Below, in pieces: positions 1 to 8,056 of a stretch of DNA of 34,001 bases. The notes below the pieces were generated by a model, which was given only the letters and a program-made list of their open reading frames with translations, searched no databases and was not told the origin of the DNA. The position numbers and the translations under genes were made by a program. Source of the DNA: an uncultured euryarchaeote (lineage in GTDB: Archaea; Thermoplasmatota; Poseidoniia; Poseidoniales; Poseidoniaceae); the NCBI GenBank assembly GCA_963968875.1, contig CAXAHZ010000001.1:1-34001 (forward strand), written 5' to 3'. Each line of letters begins with the position of its first letter. Within the stretch, counting starts at the first letter, position 1.

Positions 1-240
1 ATATCCGAATACCCATTGCCCGGGTATTGGCAAATTAAGGGGCTTGCAGTGGGTCTTTTCAGTGCCTAGCGACGAATAGGACAGACTGCAATACCTTGTT
101 AACAGGCTAATTGTACACAAGGGTGTTTAGTAAAATCCCTCGTGAACACAAGGTATTCACTTATCCACTTCATTGGAAGATTACATTTTGTTGCGTAACG
201 TTGTGAAGAGCCTACTGAAGCCCATACGGGCAACAGAAAT

Positions 241-253
241 CTCCTTTGCGGAG
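241..253 (-). terminator. Small hairpin (CTCC-tttgc-GGAG) just downstream of the stop of the giant minus-strand gene, followed on the minus strand by a T-rich stretch; possible terminator
   Basis: 4-bp stem and 5-nt loop read directly. It lies about 20 nt after the stop codon at 273-275. The stem is very short, so the signal is weak. Confidence 0.2.
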
Positions 254-272
254 AACAAAGTAGCTCATCAGT

Positions 273-3200
273 TCATTCTTCCTCAGAGGGAATGTCAACC
301 ACTGATTTCTGTTCATAGGGTTCATTGAATTCTTGAATGTCTACCCCAAGCATGTCCTCGGGGAACTCCCGACTCCTTCTGAAGACTGCAACTCCAACTC
401 CAACTCCAACTCCAAAAGCAACAAGAATCACCACTAAGATGGATCCAACCGGATTCTCTCGAACAGAATTACTTAGGGAATCAAGAATACCATCTCCATC
501 AAGGTCTTGACAGCCATTGAGGATCCCATATTCGCTGAGACAATCGTCTTCCCAGTTGGCAAACCCATCACCATCTTCATCCCAACCCGTGAGATAGATG
601 CCGACTTTGCCCTGGGAGCGCTTGAGTTTGTCATAATCCCCATACCCGTGGATGATGATCGGTTGATTTGTTTCATCAAGTGTGATGCCCACACCAGCGA
701 GGTTTGCATTCTCAAGATCGATATACTGCCACTCGTTGATGCCAGTCATCTTGGCGTACGTGACGGTTTTGGCATTTCCTCCTAACCTAAAGACAGGAAC
801 TGGCTCTATGGTGGTGTAGACCAGATGTACTTCCTCACGCATCGTGCCCAGCGTTGGACTGGATGACTGCGAGGAGGTGGGTATGGCTGGACCCAAAGTG
901 AGGTCGAACGACCCTCCGGCATTCTCTACTCCAATCGTCATTCTGGTCCAATCCTCGCCGTTGAACGTACTATACATCTTCACATACGAGGATTGTGCGC
1001 ATACGGAACTCATTAACGCGAATTCATTCCACTTTGTCCTGTAGACCAAGGGTGCGCATACAGAGGAGACCACGTGGACGGCTGGTGAATCCTGACTCGC
1101 CACGATACGTGGTGACTTCACTACCGTGATGTCTGAGCATACGAGTGCTGGGTAGAGATTGTCCCCATTGCCCCTGCAACTCCCTCCGGCGAGGATCGGT
1201 AAACCGCGTTCATCCTCAAATTCCGAGGCACCTGCTGTTTTCTTGGCGTACATCAATCCTAGGTCGTTCGCACTCGCCGGGTCTGAATTGATGGATCTGA
1301 TATCCATGTGGTATCTTTGGAGTTTCGAACGAGAGAAGGCGACGTGGATCGTCCCATCTTGACCCACCGCCACATCTATGCCACCATTATAGGTTCTACC
1401 GTTAGCCACCTTGATCACGTTCCAATCCACCCCATTCTCCGATGAGGCGTACCTGTAATGTCCCTCGAACCAAGCAATATGGACGACACCATCAGCGACG
1501 TCCAATCCGAAGCCACAGCTTTTGCAGGTGTTGATACTCACTCGGTGCTGGAGAAGGTCATCCTTGATGGGATCCCATTTCACGTACCATAACCCTCTGG
1601 AACCACTGTTGGCCATGAACAACCCGTGAACTAAACCGCCATCGTCCACCACCACTTGGGGCCTGCCGCCACCGGTGTTACACACGTCTCTTCCAACAAA
1701 CCAGCCGTGACTTGCGTCAAAATTAGGTGATGAGTACCACGTGTTGTCAATAAAGGCGCTCAAATTGTTGCCTCCCGAATGGAATACAGCTACAATCCCA
1801 TTGTTTTGATCAATCGAGAAGTCAGAGCCAAGACCACAATTCAGGTTGGTATTTCCGCCAGTCATACGCTTCCATCCCATGGTATGATCCCATGATGCCC
1901 CATACACGGTTCCCTCTACTTCGAGGGAATGTTGGGTAAATCCGAATTCACCGAGGAAGACCGAAGGGTCGTCTGGAGCAGCATCGTACACGTCGCTGTA
2001 TCCATCATCATCACGATCGGGGCATCCTAACCGATCGATGGTCGAGGTCCCGAAGCGGTTGATGCAGGCATCTCGGTCGTCAGTGAAACCGTCACCATCG
2101 CTGTCGGCCCATGATGTGCTGTTGTATGGGAATTCATCGTTATCGTCGGAATAACCGTCCCCATCCCAGTCATTGCATCCAATCCCGAGAATATCTGCCT
2201 TGCCTGGGGAAGATGGACATTCATCTAGATTGTCAATGAACCCATCGTAATCAGAGTCGAGGCACCCCACGAAGGGATTGTTGCTGTGAATCCAATCAGG
2301 TTCATCAACACCAAATCTGTTGGAATACCCGATAGACGCTTGGTTGGGACAATCATCTATACCATCGTGGAATCCGTCATCATCGGTGTCGCTGTCAAAT
2401 GGATTGGTGTTGTTTTCCAACTCTGCTATGTCGGTCAAATTGTCGTTGTCATCGTCAAGGTCGGCGTTGTCCCCGATGCCGTCGCCATCATAGTCAACCC
2501 ATTCTGTAGCATCGCCAAGGAAGAGATCCGCACGGCTACCGGACATGTTGTCACCGTACCCATCACCGTCTGCATCGACACTTTGCGTCGGATCGGTCGG
2601 GAAGGGGTCTTCGCCGTCGGTTACGCCGTCTCCGTCTGAATCTGCGACCATCGGGTTGGTGTGGCAAAGACGACCCCATTGTGTCAATTCTTGCTCACCC
2701 CAGCGAACGGTCCGCAAAGGAATCGGGTGTGACTCTGAGGTGCACAACTGTTGGGCGTGGATTTCATCATAATCAGAAAGACCGTCCCCATCGGTATCAT
2801 TGGAGAGTGGGTCCAATGGGTTGCTGCAGTAGCGATGCATGCGAAATGAAATCGACGTTGGAGCATTTGGATCCCAATCTGAGTCCCAATAGTACCAGTT
2901 ATCGGGACGATACGGGCCCTCTGGAGTCTGCATCAGGGCGGGCCAGAGGCCGACATTGTGCCCCTGAAAACACTCGTCTGGGTCCCCGAATTGATTCCAT
3001 TCACCGGGATCACCTGCGGTGTAATAATTGCCGAGTGTTTTGCCGTCACCGTCTTGATCGTTGAATGCGTCGTAGGAAAAGTCGCACGTAGTTATGCTGT
3101 TTTCCTGAACGTTTGACTCTCTCTCTTCAAATTGATTCGACCCTAAGAAGGTGGCAGGTTCAACAACTCGTCTATTTTCATAGTAGTCGTCGTATCTCCA

Positions 3201-5465
3201 CCAAGGTGCGTCCAAGAGGTCCCAACTCGTGAAGTTGCGATGTGGGTCATAGGCTCCATACGTGGCGTAATCCAATTCCGACACAGCATACCATCTCCAC
3301 GGGCAGTTTTCAACAGTAAACAGCCCTCTCGTTTCTACATCGTCTGGAATCCCATCGCCGTCGTCGTCATTATCTTCATTGTCGCCGATTTCATTGCCGT
3401 CTAGATCTGCCCACTCGGAAGGGTCGTTTGGAAACGCATCTGAGTTGTCACCGACGCCGTCGCCATCCGAGTCTACGGATTCAGTTGGGTCGTTCGGGAA
3501 TGCATCAAGGCGGTCTGTTACTCCGTCACCGTCTGCGTCGTCCAAACTCCATTCGTCAGGATTGTCGGGGAATGGGTCTGTGTTGTCTCCGACACCATCT
3601 CCATCCGAATCCTTCCACTCTCCCGAGTCGTCCGGGAAGTCATCGGTGTCGTTCGGAGTACCGTCTCCGTCACGGTCAGCATCGCAATCATCCGGCGTAC
3701 CGTCCGAATCGGAGTCAATGTTATCATCTCCGCCAGGACATATGTCGTCGGAATTTGGGACTCCATCGTTATCTGAATCGCTTTCATACTGGTCTGGCTT
3801 TCCGTCACCATCCGCATCGATACATCCGATCACCGGAATTGCTTCGTTGGGACATAGGTCTCTGAACAACGGCACACCATCTCCATCGGAATCTCGCTCC
3901 TGGAAGAAAAACGATTCGTTGTTTAACGGCCAATGATTGGTCACGGTTCCGTTCCAAACATCATCCTCATCGGTGTAAACCCAGGGTTCATCAGAGTCGG
4001 ACACGTAACAGGTAAAAGTGTCGTTTTCCATCAATGTACAGATTGTCCTCCATCGGTTATCAGTTTGTATTGAAGTAAACATATCGGCACCTTGCAAAGT
4101 AACTGGCTTAACCCCATTTTGGTTCAAGTCTATAATACGAGGGTGTGTTGAGTTCATTTTTCCGTATCCAGAAGAAGATATCTCGCGCTGCCAGCAATTT
4201 GCCTCTCCTGTAGATGAGAGGACGCATACTTGAGGTTGGCTGGTATACAATGCGATCGCCTGACCCGTCATTGTATTGCTCAGTGTAACCTCGTATGCAT
4301 CAGAGGAATATCCCCAATTTCCATCGCTATCTTCTACCCATTCAGCATGAGCCCCTCCCCAACAAGAGACGTCTCCCTTCTGAAGCAAAGCACAAGAAAA
4401 GTCATGTGACAAACTCATCGCCATTGGTGCGTTTAATCCAAGTGTACCAACACTGGCATTTGTAGGGCTTACTGAGTAATAATTAGGGTCGAGGATGGAG
4501 AAGGATTCTGCATTCATTGAACCATTTCCAACTTGTCCGAAGTTGTTATCGCCCCAACACATGGGTCTGAATGTTTTCTGCAATACCGAGGTCGATTCCA
4601 CGATTGCACAAGCATGTCGCCAACCAGCAGATATGGAGGTCGCTTTTCCACCGTACATTTCCAACGCGGAATACGTATGATTCGCAAGCGTTGTTGTTAT
4701 TGTTCCGGAAGCATTCACGTAGCCAAGACCCAATTCTCCGCGTTGATTTACATCACTGAAGTTACCGTATGCGTCCCACATAGGGAAACAGTAGGTGTTG
4801 TCATACGAACGGTCGGTCAATACACAAGCGAATTCCCCCCCCACGGACCATCCTCCGATATCCATTGCGATAATCTTCTGGGAATTCGGTAAGGTGAGAG
4901 TGGGTAATGTATACGTTGAGAATCCGTCCTGCTGGGCCTTCTCAATCCACTGACTACCGTAGCCCCAACAGGTCAATGACCCATCATCAAGCACCACACA
5001 GGTGGAACTCAGTGCATTACCTCGATGAATGCTGATAACATGTCTGTTTTCTGGGAGCATATCAATTCGATAAGGTTCATCCAATAAGTCATAATCTATA
5101 CCTTGATTGGGTTCAGGAGTCAGAAATTCTGGGTTATCTGGCCAATTTTCAACCATTGAGCGGTTCCCGACCATTCCACCATTATTATACGACGTATATC
5201 CCTGACCGTCGCACCACACTTCTCCATCGATGATTTGACAGACTGGGCCGCCTGCAAAAGCTACGGTTTGGTTGCTGTAGACTGAACCTTCTTGGAAGCC
5301 CGTAATGTTGAATGCCATATTGCTTGATGAAGACCTTTTCTCATGCGTTGTGACATCTTCAAATATCTCACTCGTGTTCTTTTCCTCATCTCCGTATTCA
5401 ACGAGGGGGGAGCCAATTGAGAGGAGGAAGATTGCAATTATGCCGATTGCCGCTTTCTTGTGCAT
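273..5465 (-). CDS. Giant (1730 aa) membrane-anchored surface protein: signal peptide, RCC1-like repeats, two thrombospondin type-3 (TSP3) Ca-binding repeat blocks, Asp-box/BNR-like propeller region, C-terminal TM helix and 35-aa acidic cytoplasmic tail
   Basis: Uninterrupted 5.2-kb ORF with ATG at 5465. N-terminal hydrophobic region AAIGIIAIFLLSIGSPL. RCC1-like strings RHACAIVE..CWGDNNFGQVGNG, STCVVLDDGSLTCWGYG, FSCALLQKGDVSCWGG. Many DxDxDGxxDxxD units such as DSDGDGVGDNSDAFPNDPSEW. Asp-box-like SSENGVDW and STFNGEDW. TM helix SILVVILVAFGVGVGVGVAVF followed by RRSREF...DIPSEEE. Confidence 0.9.
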   Translation of the reverse strand: MHKKAAIGIIAIFLLSIGSPLVEYGDEEKNTSEIFEDVTTHEKRSSSSNMAFNITGFQEGSVYSNQTVAFAGGPVCQIIDGEVWCDGQGYTSYNNGGMVGNRSMVENWPDNPEFLTPEPNQGIDYDLLDEPYRIDMLPENRHVISIHRGNALSSTCVVLDDGSLTCWGYGSQWIEKAQQDGFSTYTLPTLTLPNSQKIIAMDIGGWSVGGEFACVLTDRSYDNTYCFPMWDAYGNFSDVNQRGELGLGYVNASGTITTTLANHTYSALEMYGGKATSISAGWRHACAIVESTSVLQKTFRPMCWGDNNFGQVGNGSMNAESFSILDPNYYSVSPTNASVGTLGLNAPMAMSLSHDFSCALLQKGDVSCWGGAHAEWVEDSDGNWGYSSDAYEVTLSNTMTGQAIALYTSQPQVCVLSSTGEANCWQREISSSGYGKMNSTHPRIIDLNQNGVKPVTLQGADMFTSIQTDNRWRTICTLMENDTFTCYVSDSDEPWVYTDEDDVWNGTVTNHWPLNNESFFFQERDSDGDGVPLFRDLCPNEAIPVIGCIDADGDGKPDQYESDSDNDGVPNSDDICPGGDDNIDSDSDGTPDDCDADRDGDGTPNDTDDFPDDSGEWKDSDGDGVGDNTDPFPDNPDEWSLDDADGDGVTDRLDAFPNDPTESVDSDGDGVGDNSDAFPNDPSEWADLDGNEIGDNEDNDDDGDGIPDDVETRGLFTVENCPWRWYAVSELDYATYGAYDPHRNFTSWDLLDAPWWRYDDYYENRRVVEPATFLGSNQFEERESNVQENSITTCDFSYDAFNDQDGDGKTLGNYYTAGDPGEWNQFGDPDECFQGHNVGLWPALMQTPEGPYRPDNWYYWDSDWDPNAPTSISFRMHRYCSNPLDPLSNDTDGDGLSDYDEIHAQQLCTSESHPIPLRTVRWGEQELTQWGRLCHTNPMVADSDGDGVTDGEDPFPTDPTQSVDADGDGYGDNMSGSRADLFLGDATEWVDYDGDGIGDNADLDDDNDNLTDIAELENNTNPFDSDTDDDGFHDGIDDCPNQASIGYSNRFGVDEPDWIHSNNPFVGCLDSDYDGFIDNLDECPSSPGKADILGIGCNDWDGDGYSDDNDEFPYNSTSWADSDGDGFTDDRDACINRFGTSTIDRLGCPDRDDDGYSDVYDAAPDDPSVFLGEFGFTQHSLEVEGTVYGASWDHTMGWKRMTGGNTNLNCGLGSDFSIDQNNGIVAVFHSGGNNLSAFIDNTWYSSPNFDASHGWFVGRDVCNTGGGRPQVVVDDGGLVHGLFMANSGSRGLWYVKWDPIKDDLLQHRVSINTCKSCGFGLDVADGVVHIAWFEGHYRYASSENGVDWNVIKVANGRTYNGGIDVAVGQDGTIHVAFSRSKLQRYHMDIRSINSDPASANDLGLMYAKKTAGASEFEDERGLPILAGGSCRGNGDNLYPALVCSDITVVKSPRIVASQDSPAVHVVSSVCAPLVYRTKWNEFALMSSVCAQSSYVKMYSTFNGEDWTRMTIGVENAGGSFDLTLGPAIPTSSQSSSPTLGTMREEVHLVYTTIEPVPVFRLGGNAKTVTYAKMTGINEWQYIDLENANLAGVGITLDETNQPIIIHGYGDYDKLKRSQGKVGIYLTGWDEDGDGFANWEDDCLSEYGILNGCQDLDGDGILDSLSNSVRENPVGSILVVILVAFGVGVGVGVAVFRRSREFPEDMLGVDIQEFNEPYEQKSVVDIPSEEE
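390..414 (-). repeat. Perfect hexanucleotide microsatellite (GGAGTT x4 on the coding strand) encoding (Gly-Val)4 inside the TM helix of the giant protein
   Basis: Plus strand reads actccaactccaactccaactcca. The unit is in frame (6 nt). Confidence 0.9.
621..1913 (-). other. Asp-box/BNR-like propeller region of the giant protein (aa ~1185-1615)
   Basis: Repeated D-x-G-x-(V/I)-H-(V/I/G)-(A/L)-(F/W) strand pattern (DDGGLVHGLF, ADGVVHIAWF, QDGTIHVAFS). Two SxxNGxDW Asp-box-like motifs at 1422-1445 and 948-971. Confidence 0.45.
1971..2813 (-). repeat. TSP3 repeat block 2 (aa ~885-1165)
   Basis: Units DTDGDGLSDYDE, DSDGDGVTDGEDPFPTDP, DADGDGYGDN, DYDGDGIGDNADLDDDND, DSDTDDDGFHDGIDDCPN, DWDGDGYSDDNDEFP, DSDGDGFTDDRDAC, DRDDDGYSDVYD. 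Confidence 0.8.
3330..3896 (-). repeat. TSP3 (thrombospondin type-3, Ca-binding) repeat block 1 (aa ~524-712)
   Basis: Tandem degenerate units: DSDGDGVP, DADGDGKPD, DSDNDGVPNSDD, DSDSDGTPDD, DADRDGDGTPND, DSDGDGVGDNTDPFPDNP, DADGDGVTDRLDAFPNDP, DSDGDGVGDNSDAFPNDP. Confidence 0.8.
3981..5258 (-). other. RCC1-like repeat (beta-propeller) region of the giant protein (aa ~70-495)
   Basis: Recurrent hydrophobic-C-x-L/V...G-x-x-x-CWG pattern about every 50-60 aa. One canonical CWGDNNFGQVGNG blade. Confidence 0.65.
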
Positions 5466-5581
5466 GGCCTTACCTGGATAAGATAGGATTTAATGATACG
5501 GGTAGTAATGATGAGTAGTCTCGATGAGTAGTATACACGAGGAGAGCCCTTGTGCATGTATCCGACGCTATGGGTACCCAT

Positions 5582-5962
5582 TCAAACGAATAAAAATGCG
5601 ATGTTCGTAAGCAACATTACTACCGTTAGGTAAACACTTATTTTGTGAAGTAGATTGAATTTTTTCTGGTTTCCTTCATCAGTAGCTCGGTTCGTTGCAG
5701 GTATTATTGCGTAACAAATCAATGCAAATAGTGTGGTTGAGCCAGAAATTGCGTACTGCGGAATTGTTGGGTCGTGCTCGAAATATAGGCTCACCAAACT
5801 CGCTCCACCCAATATGGATAGCATGATGAAAAATTTAGGCCATAGGGCTCTTATGGCCCGTCCAAAATCTTCAATGTTTAGTTTCTTAAATAGCGTTGGT
5901 GCAACGATACTGGTTTGGAGAAGAATAATTCCCACAATCATGCCTGGAAAGTAGTAGTGCAT
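5582..5962 (-). CDS. Small 4-TM membrane protein, possibly DUF4149/TMEM205-like
   Basis: The track start at 5974 is TTG; the first ATG is at 5962 (MHYYFPGMIVG...). Four hydrophobic segments. IVAPTLFKKL..FGRAIRALWPKFF resembles DUF4149 proteins, recalled from memory and unverified. Confidence 0.6.
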   Translation of the reverse strand: MHYYFPGMIVGIILLQTSIVAPTLFKKLNIEDFGRAIRALWPKFFIMLSILGGASLVSLYFEHDPTIPQYAISGSTTLFALICYAIIPATNRATDEGNQKKFNLLHKISVYLTVVMLLTNIAFLFV

Positions 5963-6213
5963 GGATATGTCCAAGAGACACTAGCATAAAAATTAGGGCC
6001 ACCTAAACTTCCGTTCAAACGATACCACTTGCCTCGATCACAGGTCTCTCTTGACTTGGAGAAAACTAAACAATGCTTGCCCAGAATTGGATTTCATCGC
6101 CATTTTGGATGTGCCTGTCCAAACACCCACGTACACGAAATTGATGTGCGTGATGTCTTGCTATGCCGGCGAACACAACGGCTCTCCATACCATCCATGG
6201 GGATACGGTCAAT

Positions 6214-7221
6214 TCATTCTTCTTCATGCGTTGACGGGCGACGAATTTTATTCTCTTGTTCCTCAATGGTATTTCTCAGAATCAGGCCGTGCAGGGTCTT
6301 GATTTTCCGTTCTTTTATCAGGTCGTTAACCTTGATTTCAAGTTCAAACAGAGCTTCATCGGATTTAGCTTCGGTAATGTCAGTCCGTAATTGTTCAAAC
6401 CGCTGCCGGCGTGATAAAAACACGTACATGTAAATTGGAATCAATAAAAACGGAATCACCAATTCTTCGGTGACCACTTCCATCAGCCCAGACAACGACA
6501 ATTCAACGGCTTCAGCGTCGTATTTACTGTCAGTTTCGAGCCCTCCATAGTAGAAGAAACCGGTTGAGATTCCGAAGTATTGGTTGAACGGTGTATGTTC
6601 TGCATCCAAGGGATCAGACCCGCGATCAAGTTCGATGGTGTCTGGCCAGAAGTCATTGTCATCATCGTCGTCTACTGCATCAGGAATCATATCAAAATCC
6701 GTGTCAATTGGGTACGAGTTTGGGTCCATAGGGTCGTATTGGAATAATGCTCCAGAAGAAGCGATTTCAAGTTCATTGGAAATTCCATCTCCATCAATGT
6801 CCGTGTCGAGCACATCTGGGATCCAATCCAGGTCCATATCGGAGCATCCAAACAACACTGATCGGCTTTTTCCAAATCGGTTTGGGCAATCATCGGTGAT
6901 GTTGAGGTTGGGCTGGTCGGCAAACTGGTCTCCGTCCAAATCACTCCACGCATCAGCGCGTAAAGGAAAGGCATCAGCGCCCATGGTGCGATTCCATGTA
7001 GAGTCGGGATCTGAATACCCATCACCATCTGTATCAAGGCACCCTGATCGGTCTATGCTCGAAGTCCCATTCACCTCAGGACAATCATCCGTTTGGTTGT
7101 CCATGCCATCACTGAAGAGCACAGTAGAAGATGAAAGTTCAGATGATGGGATGCTATTGGGGTGAGAAAAAAGGCCCCCCATCAACAGAAGAAGGCAAAA
7201 CCATACCAGTGTATTGCGCAT
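6214..7221 (-). CDS. Secreted, C-terminally anchored TSP3-repeat protein (335 aa) with a 66-aa charged, coiled-coil-like cytoplasmic tail
   Basis: ATG at 7221. Signal peptide LVWFCLLLLMGGLF. Units CLDTDGDGYSDPDS, DLDGDQFAD, DTDIDGDGISNE, DDDDDNDFWPD. TM helix VIPFLLIPIYMYVFL, then RRQRFEQLRTDITEAK...IKERKIK...PSTHEEE. Confidence 0.85.
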   Translation of the reverse strand: MRNTLVWFCLLLLMGGLFSHPNSIPSSELSSSTVLFSDGMDNQTDDCPEVNGTSSIDRSGCLDTDGDGYSDPDSTWNRTMGADAFPLRADAWSDLDGDQFADQPNLNITDDCPNRFGKSRSVLFGCSDMDLDWIPDVLDTDIDGDGISNELEIASSGALFQYDPMDPNSYPIDTDFDMIPDAVDDDDDNDFWPDTIELDRGSDPLDAEHTPFNQYFGISTGFFYYGGLETDSKYDAEAVELSLSGLMEVVTEELVIPFLLIPIYMYVFLSRRQRFEQLRTDITEAKSDEALFELEIKVNDLIKERKIKTLHGLILRNTIEEQENKIRRPSTHEEE

Positions 7222-7321
7222 ATCTTTGGCTAAGTCTATTTGGTTATCAAACCCACCATCTCGCTGCGCACAGGAGGTTTGCAGGGGAAGGTATTGAAAA
7301 GGATGGAGTTAACGGATAGAT

Positions 7322-7828
7322 ATGCAAAAGAAAGCGCTGTTTCTCACTCTCCTTCTCGCAGCGTTGATGTTTTCGCCTGGGTGCATGAGTGATGAAGAAG
7401 CCGTGTCAAAGGAGACCGTACCCTCGTTCACCGTTATTGCCGATGATGGCCTTGAATACGGTAGCGAATCCCTACTTGGAACGAACTACATTCTCCACTT
7501 TTCCGCCTCGTGGTGCAACCAATGCCGAGCTACGATGCATGCAGTAGCCAATCACCTCGACAATGAAACGTACGTTGTCGTCTCAACGGATGCAAACGAT
7601 GGTGGTCAAGATAAGTTACAAGATTGGCACACCCAAGTCAATGAAAGCAAGGAAGAAAGCACTGTTGATGCTCCATTCTCGATGAGTGTCAACCTTGCCG
7701 AAGACTTTGAAATCAACAACACACCAACGTTAATCCTCATCGGCAAAGACGGAACAGTGATCGAACGTCACATCGGCCCATTGGTTGATGCAGATGAAAT
7801 TGATGAATTCTGGTCCAAGGCCCAATAA
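7322..7828 (+). CDS. TlpA/ResA-like thioredoxin-fold thiol-disulfide oxidoreductase, probable lipoprotein
   Basis: ATG at 7322. Signal peptide ending in the lipobox-like FSPGC. WCxxC active-site motif SASWCNQCR. C-terminal NNTPTLILIGKDG (cis-Pro region) is typical of the family. Confidence 0.8.
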   Translation: MQKKALFLTLLLAALMFSPGCMSDEEAVSKETVPSFTVIADDGLEYGSESLLGTNYILHFSASWCNQCRATMHAVANHLDNETYVVVSTDANDGGQDKLQDWHTQVNESKEESTVDAPFSMSVNLAEDFEINNTPTLILIGKDGTVIERHIGPLVDADEIDEFWSKAQ

Positions 7829-7855
7829 TCCGTTGTTTCCCCGTCCGTTTTGTCG

Positions 7856-8056
7856 TTACTGGTTCGGATTTATGTTCACAACCGTTGCGATGTTTGACAG
7901 CATCCAACTGCTCGCAGCGCCCAATTGCAACCAATCGCCAGTAGAGCCGATTCCGTAAACGAATACGCTCACGATCCAGCACAGACTGGCCACTGTTTGG
8001 CCAAGCCATTCCAAACTCAACATCTTTCCGATTCGAGTTTCATTTTTATTCAGCAT
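7856..8056 (-). CDS. Small (66 aa) two-TM membrane protein, translationally coupled to the upstream flavoprotein gene
   Basis: ATG at 8056 overlaps the upstream stop (minus strand ACATGCTGA, a 7-nt overlap with the 8050-8052 stop). Two hydrophobic helices: TVASLCWIVSVFVYGI and LGAASSWMLSNIATVV. The track start at 8107 would lie deep inside the upstream gene. Confidence 0.5.
   Translation of the reverse strand: MLNKNETRIGKMLSLEWLGQTVASLCWIVSVFVYGIGSTGDWLQLGAASSWMLSNIATVVNINPNQ

Noticed and set aside
1-272. Non-coding left edge, checked for tRNA, ncRNA or a repeat boundary
   Set aside because: There is no T-loop or anticodon-arm pattern. Only short hairpins are present (ATACCC..GGGTAT at 10-28; CTCC..GGAG at 241-253). 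The region is truncated by the window edge, so nothing can be called.
3379-3936. Plus-strand ORFs (185 aa and 145 aa; also 2286-2639, 2545-2772, 2681-3064) with SPTPSPSES-type low-complexity translations
   Set aside because: They are antisense images of the GAY-rich TSP3 repeat codons of the giant minus-strand gene. They have no start context and lie wholly inside a far better-supported CDS.
6029-6433. Plus-strand ORFs of 134 aa and 83 aa, and a minus-strand ORF of 66 aa, in and around the 5975-6213 spacer
   Set aside because: Their translations are Cys/Arg/Ser-rich with no motif, and they overlap the 3' end of the 335-aa gene. Most likely non-coding. The 239-nt spacer itself showed no convincing RNA structure.
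6584-7165. 193-aa plus-strand and 116-aa minus-strand ORFs inside the 335-aa TSP3 gene
   Set aside because: They are antisense or alternative-frame artefacts of the same Asp-rich repeats.
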